This document shows, piece by piece, positions 38,421 through 47,682 of a stretch of 64,000 nucleotides of DNA. The notes below the pieces were generated by a model, which saw nothing but the letters and a program-made list of their open reading frames with translations, was not told the DNA's origin and searched no databases. Source of the DNA: Patescibacteria group bacterium. Lineage in GTDB: Bacteria; Patescibacteriota; JABMPQ01; JBFLZX01. Position 1 is the first letter of the stretch, and every line of letters starts with the position of its first letter. The stretch spans positions 28,787 to 92,786 of the forward strand of contig JBFLZX010000001.1 in assembly GCA_040756075.1 (NCBI GenBank), read 5' to 3'. The translations under genes were made by a program, and so were the position numbers.

Positions 38421-39176
38421 ATGAATCTAAAAAAAAGATTGAAATTAAAGAAGATAACAGTAGGTTCTTGGATAACCATTGGGGATTCTTCTGTGGCAGA
38501 GATTATGGCGAAATCTGATTTTGATTGGCTTGTGGTAGATATGGAGCATAGTGCTATAGAATTAGATGCTGCACAAAAACTTATACGGATTATTGAGCTT
38601 GCTGGTTGCATACCATTGGTTAGGGTAGGAGAGAATAATCCAGCGCTTATAAAACGTGTTATGGATGCAGGTGCGCATGGCGTAGTGGTTCCGATGGTTA
38701 ATAGCAAAGAAGAAGCCATAAGGGCTGTTAGAGCAGTTAAATACCCCCCCGGCGGTATAAGAGGCGTAGGGCTTGCGCGTGCACAAGGCTATGGTATGAG
38801 CTTCGAAAGCTATAAAAATTGGCTTAATCAGAATAGCATAGTAATTGTTCAGATAGAACATATAAATGCGGTTAAGAACCTTCAGCAGATATTAGACGTA
38901 GAGGGAGTGGATGGTTTTATAGTAGGGCCTTATGACCTCTCTGGTTCAATCGGAAAACCAGGAGAATTTAACGATCCCGAAGTAAAGGCTGCTTTAGAAA
39001 GAATAAAAATTGTGGCGGAGCAATTACATAAGCCTTCAGGAATCCACGTTATTCCTCCTGATTATAGAGAGGTAAATAAAAGGATAAAAGAAGGCTATAG
39101 TTTTATTGCATTTAGCCTTGATACATTATTTTTGGGGAAAAGCTGCAGAAATGGGCTTTCTAAAATCACAAGATAA
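38421..39176 (+). CDS. HpcH/HpaI-family class II pyruvate-dependent aldolase
   Basis: VGSWITIGDSSVAEIMAKSDFDWLVVDMEHS, VRVGENNP and MVNSKEEA...KYPPGGIRG blocks are characteristic of HpcH/HpaI/YfaU aldolases. Confidence 0.7.
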   Translation: MNLKKRLKLKKITVGSWITIGDSSVAEIMAKSDFDWLVVDMEHSAIELDAAQKLIRIIELAGCIPLVRVGENNPALIKRVMDAGAHGVVVPMVNSKEEAIRAVRAVKYPPGGIRGVGLARAQGYGMSFESYKNWLNQNSIVIVQIEHINAVKNLQQILDVEGVDGFIVGPYDLSGSIGKPGEFNDPEVKAALERIKIVAEQLHKPSGIHVIPPDYREVNKRIKEGYSFIAFSLDTLFLGKSCRNGLSKITR

Positions 39177-39185
39177 AAGGAGAAA

Positions 39186-39968
39186 ATGAATATGAAAATA
39201 GTCGGTTTTATACCTGCTCGTATGGGTTCAAGTCGTTTTCCAGGTAAGCCGCTAGCAGATATTTTAGGAAAAGCGATGATAGAACATGTTTATTATCGTA
39301 GTAAGCTATCAGATAAGCTAGACGACCTTTATATTGCAACGCCTGATAAAGAAATAGAGGACTATTGTCTTAGCAGGGATATAAAAGTTGTAATGACCAG
39401 CCCAGTGCATGAACGCGCTACCGATAGGACTGCCGAGGCAACGCAGAAAATAGAGAATAAAACGAATGAGAAAATAGACATTGTGATACTAATACAAGGC
39501 GATGAGCCTTTGTTATATCCTGAAATGATTAATCTTGCGTTGAAACCACTTATTAATGACAGTAATATTTTGACTTCTAATCTTATGTCGCCATTAAAAT
39601 CAATTGAGGAACAGGAAGATCCCAATGAGGTAAAGGTAGTAGTAGATAAAGATAATTTTGCCCTTTATTTTTCAAGAGAGCCTATACCATCAAGGAAAAA
39701 AGGCGCTAAGAATTTTGTTACAATGAAGCAGGTATGTATTATGCCTTGGAGAAGAGATTTTTTATTTAAATACACCAGCCTTAAGCAGACGCCGCTTGAG
39801 ATAATTGAATCGGTGGATACGCTTAGATGCATTGAGAATGGCTTTAAAGTAAAGATGGTTCCTTGCGATTTTAATACCTATAGTGTTGATACAATTAATG
39901 ATTTGAATAAGGTAAGAGAAATGATGAAGAAAGATAGTTTATTTTTAAAATATAGTAATATAAGGTAA
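39186..39968 (+). CDS. 3-deoxy-manno-octulosonate cytidylyltransferase-like (KdsB family)
   Basis: KIVGFIPARMGSSRFPGKPLADILGKAMIEHV matches the KdsB N-terminal signature. AAAGGAG RBS. Confidence 0.7.
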   Translation: MNMKIVGFIPARMGSSRFPGKPLADILGKAMIEHVYYRSKLSDKLDDLYIATPDKEIEDYCLSRDIKVVMTSPVHERATDRTAEATQKIENKTNEKIDIVILIQGDEPLLYPEMINLALKPLINDSNILTSNLMSPLKSIEEQEDPNEVKVVVDKDNFALYFSREPIPSRKKGAKNFVTMKQVCIMPWRRDFLFKYTSLKQTPLEIIESVDTLRCIENGFKVKMVPCDFNTYSVDTINDLNKVREMMKKDSLFLKYSNIR

Positions 39969-39972
39969 CTAT

Positions 39973-41478
39973 ATGAGAAAGAAAATTAAAATATTACTCG
40001 TTTATCCAAACATCCCAATGATGTTAGTAACGCCTTTATCAATTGCTATTTTTACTTGGATTTTAAGGCAGGAAGGTTTTGAAGTAGATCTTTTCGATAC
40101 TACTCAATATGGGGAGGGAAATTTAAGTAGCCCACAGAATCGCGTCAAGTACCTTCAGGCGCGCAATATATTTACTGAAAAAAATTTAATACTTTTAAAA
40201 TCTAACAGTATGGAGAATGATTTTAAGTTAAAACTGGAAGCATTTAAACCAGATATTTTACTCTATTCATTTACCGAAGATGCCTTGGGGCGGGCTTTGC
40301 AGCTATTGCGAGTTTCAAATACTTTCAACATACCAACAGTTGTTGGCGGTGTATTAGCAACTGCTGATCCGGATTGGTTAATTTTATTTCCGGAAATTTC
40401 AATGATTGGAGTTGGAGAGGGGGAAGAAGTTGTTAGAGAGTTGGCTTTACGATTATCTCAAGGAAGAGATTTTAACGATATAGCTAATTTATGGATTAAA
40501 TTAAGTAATGGATCTGTATTGCGTAATCCAATCAGGCCCTATGTTAATTTAACCGATTATTTCACAGATTTTTCTCTATTTGATGAAGTTCGTTTTGAGC
40601 GCCCAATGGGAGGTAAAATACACCGTGCTTTGCCGATCGAAACATATAGAGGATGCCCTAATAGCTGTACTTTTTGCAATTCACCGATGCATAACAGGAT
40701 TGCCAAGGAGCATAATTGGGTGTATCTTCGGCGTAAATCAATAGAGTGGATGAGAAAGGAAATAAAACATCTTCTGGATGATTATAACGTAAATCTTTTA
40801 TATTTTATAGACGATAGCTTTTTAGCTAGACCATTAAACGAAATCAAAGATTTTATAGAAATGTATAAAGAATTTCGTGTTCCTTTTTGGTTTAATACCC
40901 GTCCCGAGGATTGCGCTCTGGATATATTAAAAAAACTCAAAGAAGTAGGGCTTTTTAGAGTTTCTTTTGGCGTTGAGTCTGGAAATGCACATTTTCGTGA
41001 AAAATATTTAGGTAGGAGGGTTTCAAATGAAAAATTATTGCATTATTTCAATATTATTAGCGATAGTGGCATCGATTTCAGCATTAATTACATAATAGGC
41101 TTTCCTTTTGAAACGCGCGAAATGGTTTTTGATAGTATACGTCTCGCTAAGCAGATAAAGGGATACGATTCTATTACTGTAAGTATTTTTACCCCTTATA
41201 GGGGGACGATTTTACGGCAGGCAGCAATAGAAGCCGGATGGCTTGATCCTGACGCTTTAACAACACATACCACCGCTAGTTCAATATTTAAGATGCCTTT
41301 ATTTACATCACGGCAAATAGATGGTCTTATACGGACATTTCCTTTATATGTTGAGTTTGAAGAATCTCTTTGGGCTGAAATAGGAAAGGCAGAGATGTTT
41401 GAGCCTGGAGGAGAAGAGATATTGGCTAAATATTCAGAATTATATAAAAAACGTAGGTGGGAGAAAAAGAGAGCATAG
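39973..41478 (+). CDS. B12-binding radical SAM protein
   Basis: N-terminal B12-binding-like domain. Radical SAM motif YRGCPNSCTFCNSP. Confidence 0.75.
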   Translation: MRKKIKILLVYPNIPMMLVTPLSIAIFTWILRQEGFEVDLFDTTQYGEGNLSSPQNRVKYLQARNIFTEKNLILLKSNSMENDFKLKLEAFKPDILLYSFTEDALGRALQLLRVSNTFNIPTVVGGVLATADPDWLILFPEISMIGVGEGEEVVRELALRLSQGRDFNDIANLWIKLSNGSVLRNPIRPYVNLTDYFTDFSLFDEVRFERPMGGKIHRALPIETYRGCPNSCTFCNSPMHNRIAKEHNWVYLRRKSIEWMRKEIKHLLDDYNVNLLYFIDDSFLARPLNEIKDFIEMYKEFRVPFWFNTRPEDCALDILKKLKEVGLFRVSFGVESGNAHFREKYLGRRVSNEKLLHYFNIISDSGIDFSINYIIGFPFETREMVFDSIRLAKQIKGYDSITVSIFTPYRGTILRQAAIEAGWLDPDALTTHTTASSIFKMPLFTSRQIDGLIRTFPLYVEFEESLWAEIGKAEMFEPGGEEILAKYSELYKKRRWEKKRA

Positions 41479-41479
41479 G

Positions 41480-42391
41480 ATGAAAATATTAATCACTGTA
41501 TCTAGTTTCGGAAAATATGACCAGACTCCTTTGAATATAATAAAAAAACGTGGTTATGAAATTAAGCTTAATCCTTATGGAAGAAAACTGACTAAGGAAG
41601 AAACGATATCACTTTATCAAGATGATGTATGTGGAGTTATCGCGGGCCTTGAGATAATAGATAAAGAAGTTATTAATAATGCTAGTAAGCTTAAGGTTAT
41701 ATCTCGTTGCGGGACAGGTATCGATAACATTGATATAAAAGAGGCTAAGCGCAAAAGGATCAAAATTTATAATACTCCAGATTCACCATCGGATGCAGTA
41801 GCAGAATTAACTACTTGTTTAATATTAGCTTTATTGCGTCAGGTGACATTAACAGATAGAGAAATACGGCGCCATGAATGGAATAAACGCATAGGATCGC
41901 TTCTTAAGGGGAAGAAAATAGGTATTATTGGCATGGGGAAAATAGGTCGAAAGGTTGCTAAGATAATCGAGGTATTCGATACGGATATTTTCTATTATGA
42001 CCCCAATGTTAATATTCATAAATATAAAAAGGTAAGTTTGAATAAATTATTAGAAGCAGCAGATATTGTTAGTCTTCATGCAGCATATTTAAAGAAGAAT
42101 AAGCATCTGATAGGCAAGAGGGAAATAGAGAAGATGAAAAAAGATTCTTTTTTAATTAATTGTTCCAGAGGTGAAATAGTAGATGAATGCGCTCTTTATT
42201 CAGCTCTTAAAAGAGGCGCATTAAAAGGAGCGGGTTTAGATGTATATGCAGATGAGCCTTATCATGGGCCATTTGCAGAGCTAGATAACGTTATTCTTAC
42301 GCCCCATATAGGTTCTTATACTAAGGAAACGCGTATCCAGATGGAGATAGAATCTGCGAAAAACTTATTAAAAGGCATGGGTAATGGTTAA
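41480..42391 (+). CDS. D-isomer-specific 2-hydroxyacid dehydrogenase (PGDH/GDH-like), NAD-dependent
   Basis: GIIGMGKIGRKVAKI Rossmann motif and a C-terminal catalytic His region (ILTPHIGSYT). The start is taken at the ATG 41480, right after the upstream stop. Confidence 0.7.
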   Translation: MKILITVSSFGKYDQTPLNIIKKRGYEIKLNPYGRKLTKEETISLYQDDVCGVIAGLEIIDKEVINNASKLKVISRCGTGIDNIDIKEAKRKRIKIYNTPDSPSDAVAELTTCLILALLRQVTLTDREIRRHEWNKRIGSLLKGKKIGIIGMGKIGRKVAKIIEVFDTDIFYYDPNVNIHKYKKVSLNKLLEAADIVSLHAAYLKKNKHLIGKREIEKMKKDSFLINCSRGEIVDECALYSALKRGALKGAGLDVYADEPYHGPFAELDNVILTPHIGSYTKETRIQMEIESAKNLLKGMGNG

Positions 42392-43052
42392 ATATAAATT
42401 TTTATCTCATAAAATAGAAAAATATATGCCGTCTTATGGCAAAATAGATAGGGTGTGGACAAGGAGAACGAAGTCGATTCAAAAAGGGGATTCCTGCAAT
42501 ACTTTTGAGATAAGAATACCTAATCATATAGGGACGCATGTCGATGCCCCAGCTCATTTTTTTGAATCTGCTTTAAAAATATCAGATTTTTCTGCTAGGG
42601 AATGCATATTTAATGATCCCTATATTTTAAATTGCTCTTTAAAAAATAATGAACTTTTAGACATTCGACATCTAAAAAATATTCCCAAAAAAAAGATTGA
42701 TATTTTACTTTTTAAGACTAATTTTCAGAAATTTAGAGGCCAAGATGTATATTTTTTAAATAATCCTGGTATTTCTTATGAAGTGCCATTATGGTTAAAG
42801 AAAAATTTTCCTTCGATTAAAGCCATAGGTATTGATTTTGTATCTATATCATGTTTTAAAAGAAGGAAAACTCTGCAGGGAGTTTATGCCCACAGGGCCT
42901 TCCTTAATCCAAAATCATCCCGTTCAATATTAATCATTGAAGATATGGACTTATCAGGTAAATTGCAGAATTTAAAACAAGTAATTATCTCACCATTTAG
43001 GTTTACAGAGATAGATAGCTCTTTTTGTACTATTATCGGTATTTTTAAATGA
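42384..43052 (+). CDS. Putative cyclase-family metal hydrolase (kynurenine formamidase-like fold)
   Basis: HIGTHVDAPAHFF matches the cyclase-family H-x-G-T-H-x-D-A-P-x-H motif. Confidence 0.55.
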   Translation: MVKYKFLSHKIEKYMPSYGKIDRVWTRRTKSIQKGDSCNTFEIRIPNHIGTHVDAPAHFFESALKISDFSARECIFNDPYILNCSLKNNELLDIRHLKNIPKKKIDILLFKTNFQKFRGQDVYFLNNPGISYEVPLWLKKNFPSIKAIGIDFVSISCFKRRKTLQGVYAHRAFLNPKSSRSILIIEDMDLSGKLQNLKQVIISPFRFTEIDSSFCTIIGIFK

Positions 43053-43702
43053 TAAGAACTATTATTTTTGATTTTGATGGCGTTATTGCGGAATCAGTTG
43101 ATATTAAAACAAGAGCTTTTATATATTTATTTAAAGATTATCATAAAAGCATTCAAGATAAAGTAAAAAAATTACACCTTAATAATGGAGGAATGTCTAG
43201 GTACAAAAAGTTTAAAATTATATATGAAAAATTTTTGAATAAGCGGCTCGATAAAATTACTTCTAATCGACTAGGGAAAGATTTTTCGCGTTTTTGCTAT
43301 CAGGGAGTTATTAAAGCGCCGCTTGTTAAGGGCGCAAAGCAATTTCTTAAAAAATCATATAAGAAATATAATTTGTATATTGTATCTGGTACGCCGGAAT
43401 CAGAGATAAAAAGAATCATTAAAGAAAAAGGCCTTAGCCGCTATTTTCGGAGTGTTTATGGTTCGCCGAAATATAAGGGAGAACTTTGTAAGGCGATAAT
43501 AAGAAAAGATAAGATTTTACCTCGAGAGGCTGTTTTTATCGGCGATTCAGTTAATGATTTAAAGGGTGCAATGGAAGCTGGATTATATTTTGTTGCTAGG
43601 GTGATAAATAGAAATAACCCTCTTTTAAGATTGAGGCCAAAATATAAGTTGAAGGATTTATGTAATCTTAAAAGAGTTATAATAAAATTAAATAGGGAGT
43701 AA
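43049..43702 (+). CDS. HAD-superfamily hydrolase/phosphatase
   Basis: IIFDFDGVIAES motif I, and FIGDSVNDLKGA motif IV region. Confidence 0.7.
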   Translation: MIRTIIFDFDGVIAESVDIKTRAFIYLFKDYHKSIQDKVKKLHLNNGGMSRYKKFKIIYEKFLNKRLDKITSNRLGKDFSRFCYQGVIKAPLVKGAKQFLKKSYKKYNLYIVSGTPESEIKRIIKEKGLSRYFRSVYGSPKYKGELCKAIIRKDKILPREAVFIGDSVNDLKGAMEAGLYFVARVINRNNPLLRLRPKYKLKDLCNLKRVIIKLNRE

Positions 43703-43708
43703 CATATT

Positions 43709-44614
43709 ATGAAAGCGACTGTTTTTGGAGGGGCGGGTTTTTTAGGTAGGCATATTGTTAATAAACTATCAAAAATGGGTTATTTTATAAAAGTTTTGGA
43801 TACTAATACCTCAAATAGAATTAATGCAAAAAATATTGAATACATAAAAGGAAGCATCTTAGATGATAAGGCAATAAAAAAAGCATTAGAGGGTAGTAAT
43901 GTAGTTTTCCATTTAGCGGCTTTAGCTGATATCGATAGGTCATCAAAGGAGCCGATAAATACTATAGATATCAATATCGGCGGGCTTGTAAGGTGTCTTG
44001 ATGCGGCAAGTAAATTAGGGGTAAAAAGGTTTATTTATGCTAGCTCTGTTTATGTCACAGGGACTATGGGTTCATTTTATAGAGTATCTAAGCTTGCCGG
44101 AGAAGAGTTGTGTAAGGTTTATCATGAAGAATATGGTTTACCGTATAGCATAGTAAGATACGGTTCTTTGTATGGGGAAGATGCTAATGAATGGAATTTT
44201 ATCAGTAGGATATGCAAACAACTTATAGAGAATAAAAAGTATGTGTATTATGGCAATGGTAAAGAGATCAGAGAGTTTATTCATATTGTCGATGCGGCAG
44301 AAGGAAGTATTAAAGTGAGCAGGGATGAAAAATTTGAGAATAAGACAGTACTTATAACGGGTCATCAAAAGATGAACATGGAAGAGTTTTTTGAGCTTGT
44401 AAAGGAAATTATGAATGGCGAAATTGAAATAAGATATTCGATGGATATTGAGTATCGAGAAAGGCATTATAATGTTACACCATACAGATTTCAACCAGAA
44501 GTGCCTCTTAGGATAAATATGGATCAATACATAGATATAAATGAAGGTATAATTGCGTGCTTGGCAAAAGCAAAAGAGAATTTAGAGAGTAGATATGAAA
44601 AAAAAACAGTATAA
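43709..44614 (+). CDS. NAD-dependent epimerase/dehydratase (extended SDR)
   Basis: ATVFGGAGFLGRHI Rossmann motif and a YxxxK pair (YRVSK). Confidence 0.65.
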   Translation: MKATVFGGAGFLGRHIVNKLSKMGYFIKVLDTNTSNRINAKNIEYIKGSILDDKAIKKALEGSNVVFHLAALADIDRSSKEPINTIDINIGGLVRCLDAASKLGVKRFIYASSVYVTGTMGSFYRVSKLAGEELCKVYHEEYGLPYSIVRYGSLYGEDANEWNFISRICKQLIENKKYVYYGNGKEIREFIHIVDAAEGSIKVSRDEKFENKTVLITGHQKMNMEEFFELVKEIMNGEIEIRYSMDIEYRERHYNVTPYRFQPEVPLRINMDQYIDINEGIIACLAKAKENLESRYEKKTV

Positions 44615-45953
44615 AATAATTTTTTTAGCCCATTCCAATAATGACATAGACCATTTTTTGCCAATAATAAACGGTTTAAATAAGCAAACTATATTTAACC
44701 CTGAAATACTTTTTTTGAGATTCGAAGAAGAGGCTGTAAGCAATAGACTGCATAAAGAATTAATTAAAAATCTTTCAGTTGGTAAGCGGTCTGCTTCCGA
44801 TTTCTTAGAATGGCCTTTTATTTCCAGGATCCTATTCTTTATTATGAAGTATTGTTATATACGGACGAAAGGCAGAACTCTAAAAGATTTTATTAGAGGA
44901 AAAGATATAGTAAGAATTTTTTATAAGGGAGTGTATATATTACTCGATAGACTATTAAAGAGATATTGCGAACAATTATTTACCGTAGCGGCTATTAATA
45001 AAATAATGCAGAAGATTGCGCCAGATCTTGTATTAATCGATCCACAGCTTATTCAATTAGTACCTCCATTTTCAGATTTAAGATCTTATTTATCATCACA
45101 GATAGTTCAGGCTTGTAAATATAAGAGGATACCGGTTTTTATGGTATCCCATGGGGTAGAAATAATGTATGTAACACATAAAGACCACAAAATTGATGAA
45201 GCCCTAGTTTATAAACCGGATGTTTTTGGCTTGTGTAATGATAAAGATGATTTAGGTGTTAACGGGATTATCAGTAATAATGTTAGAAAAGTAATTTTGG
45301 GAGATTTAAGGTATGATAGGCGCTGGGTTGAAATACTAGAGTCTACAGCAAAAAAGATTTATAACATAAATAAACCTATTGAGAAAATTATCATCCTTTA
45401 CTTAGTAGGAAATCTTAGATTCTTGAATGATAAAAAATATGAAAAAGATATTCATAAAGACATAATATCCATACTTGATAATTATAGAAATGTAGAATTA
45501 TGGATAAAAATGCATCCTCGCGTTATAGAAGATATTGATGTGGGCGTAGCGATTAATAAGGACATATCATCAAGGATAAAGATATTTAGGAATGAGATTG
45601 ATACCAATGCATTGATACCGCATGCCGATATTTTTATATCTACTTTTTCGGGTGTTCTTTTTCAGGGTATAATGAAAAAGAAGCCGGTTATTTTCTATCA
45701 AAGATGGAGAGAACGCATGGATCATCCTATAAAAACTATTTTTGATGACAGTTACTATGTCATAAAGGCGATGAATAACGAACAGTTAAAAGAAAGTATA
45801 GCAGCTATTTTAAATTTAAAGCATATTGATGATGAAGAAGCCGATAGATTTTATAGACAGGCTGTTTGCGGCGGTATAGCAAGAGACGGCAATATTATAA
45901 ATAATTATGTAGATGAAATAAGAAATATAGTTTTAGAAAGGGCAAATGGTTAA
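44595..45953 (+). CDS. TagB/TagF/KpsC-family GT-B transferase, paralogue of 32492..34330
   Basis: C-terminal block KMHPRV ... FISTFSGVLFQG ... KPVIFYQR, the same K-x-HP / S-x-S / P-V-I-F pattern as 32492. Confidence 0.4.
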   Translation: MKKKQYKIIFLAHSNNDIDHFLPIINGLNKQTIFNPEILFLRFEEEAVSNRLHKELIKNLSVGKRSASDFLEWPFISRILFFIMKYCYIRTKGRTLKDFIRGKDIVRIFYKGVYILLDRLLKRYCEQLFTVAAINKIMQKIAPDLVLIDPQLIQLVPPFSDLRSYLSSQIVQACKYKRIPVFMVSHGVEIMYVTHKDHKIDEALVYKPDVFGLCNDKDDLGVNGIISNNVRKVILGDLRYDRRWVEILESTAKKIYNINKPIEKIIILYLVGNLRFLNDKKYEKDIHKDIISILDNYRNVELWIKMHPRVIEDIDVGVAINKDISSRIKIFRNEIDTNALIPHADIFISTFSGVLFQGIMKKKPVIFYQRWRERMDHPIKTIFDDSYYVIKAMNNEQLKESIAAILNLKHIDDEEADRFYRQAVCGGIARDGNIINNYVDEIRNIVLERANG

Positions 45954-46728
45954 GGAAGATATCGCAGAAATAACAAAAGAAGCATGGGTTAATAATTGGA
46001 AGGAGCACAGTGTTAAAGAAGTTCTACAAATATTCGAATATACTCGTGTTCAAAGATTGCTTAGTATAATGAAGCTAACTCTTCCTAAAGACGGCAGTAT
46101 AATCGAAGGAGGATGCGGCCTTGGGCCGTGGGTGATAAAATTAAGAGAACTAGGTTATGATATGGTAGGGATTGATTATGATGCCATATCAATTAATAAA
46201 TTAGGAGTTTATGATAAAAAAATTCCTTTAGCTGTCTCAGATATCGAAAATATCCCATTTAAAAACAGTCATTTTGTTGCGTATATATCCTTAGGGGTAT
46301 TAGAGCATTTTCATGAAGGACCGGAAAAGGCGATTAGCGAGGCCCAACGTATTTTAAAACCAGGAGGGCTATTTTTTGTAGTGGTGCCTAATATGAGCAT
46401 TCTTCTTAGATTAAAACTGCCTATACAAAAAGTTAAGCAGATTAAAATTTTGAGAAAAATATTCAGAAAAAAACAAAAAATATTTTATTATGAGCGTTAT
46501 TTTAAAATAAATGAAATCAAGCACCTATTAGAAAAATCTAACTTTGATGTTATGCGTATTTTTCCATTCGATCATATTTTTAGTTTTGTTTCTTTTTCGA
46601 GTGTATTTAGAAAAAAAGGGACCTATGATGGCGAAAATAACCTTGCGATTAAGTTTGCCGATTTTTTTAGCAAGATTTTGCCTTGGCAGACAGCCGGATC
46701 AATTATATTAATCGCAAAAAAAACATAA
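45946..46728 (+). CDS. Class I SAM-dependent methyltransferase
   Basis: IIEGGCGLGPW motif I and ILKPGGLFFVVVPN. Confidence 0.65.
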   Translation: MVKEDIAEITKEAWVNNWKEHSVKEVLQIFEYTRVQRLLSIMKLTLPKDGSIIEGGCGLGPWVIKLRELGYDMVGIDYDAISINKLGVYDKKIPLAVSDIENIPFKNSHFVAYISLGVLEHFHEGPEKAISEAQRILKPGGLFFVVVPNMSILLRLKLPIQKVKQIKILRKIFRKKQKIFYYERYFKINEIKHLLEKSNFDVMRIFPFDHIFSFVSFSSVFRKKGTYDGENNLAIKFADFFSKILPWQTAGSIILIAKKT

Positions 46729-46740
46729 AAGGGGATAAAA

Positions 46741-47682
46741 ATGAAACTTATAATTCAAATACCTTGTTATAACGAAGAAAAAACACTTCCTTTGGTTATT
46801 AACGCATTACCTAAGCAAATTAATGGCATAGACAAAATTGAAGTTTTAATTATTAATGATGGCAGCACAGATAATACGATAAATATTGCAGGGAACCTTG
46901 GTGTTGCTCATGTATTAGATTTACCTCATAGGGGCTTAGCTGAGGCATTTAGGAGGGGATTAGAAAAATGCCTTATTCTTGGCGCAGACATTATAGTTAA
47001 TACAGATGGGGATAATCAATATAAAGGAGAAGATATTCCGCGTTTAATAGAACCTATTTTAAAAAGGAAAGCAGATATGGTGATAGGATGTAGGAATATT
47101 TTAGCAATCAAACATTTTTCTTATCTTAAAAAATTACTACAAAAAATTGGCAGTTATTTTGTAAGAAAGTTTTCTGCAACTAAGATTCCTGATGTAACTA
47201 GCGGTTTTAGGGCATATTCACGAAATGCCGCCTTAAGGCTGAATATATTTTCTAGCTATACCTATACATTAGAAACAATAATTCAAGCCGGGAAGAAACA
47301 AATTCCCATGTCTTTTATAAAAATAGATACTAATGGAAAACTGAGGGAATCAAGATTAATAAAAAATATATTTTTTTATATATTAAGGTCAATAGCTACA
47401 ATTTTGCGTATTTATCTCATGTACGAACCTATGCGCTTTTTTATAAAAATAGGTTCAATTTTTATATTAGGCTTCGCTTTAATAGGTGCCCGGTATTTAT
47501 ATTTTTTCTTTTTTGGGCTTAAGCGCAGTGGCCATTTGCAATCTCTTATTTTGGCTGCAGTGTTTGTAATCATAGGTGTTCAACTTGTTTTTATTGGATT
47601 TTTAGCAGATATCATCGCAGCAAATAGAAAATTATTAGAAGAAATTCTTTATAGACAAAGAAAAGAACAGTTTAAAAATTAG
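46741..47682 (+). CDS. GT2 polyprenyl-phosphate sugar synthase with C-terminal membrane anchors (DPM1/GtrB/PpgS-like)
   Basis: IQIPCYNEEKTLPLV, LIINDGSTDNT and NTDGDNQY. The C-terminal roughly 90 aa contain two TM helices. Confidence 0.7.
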   Translation: MKLIIQIPCYNEEKTLPLVINALPKQINGIDKIEVLIINDGSTDNTINIAGNLGVAHVLDLPHRGLAEAFRRGLEKCLILGADIIVNTDGDNQYKGEDIPRLIEPILKRKADMVIGCRNILAIKHFSYLKKLLQKIGSYFVRKFSATKIPDVTSGFRAYSRNAALRLNIFSSYTYTLETIIQAGKKQIPMSFIKIDTNGKLRESRLIKNIFFYILRSIATILRIYLMYEPMRFFIKIGSIFILGFALIGARYLYFFFFGLKRSGHLQSLILAAVFVIIGVQLVFIGFLADIIAANRKLLEEILYRQRKEQFKN

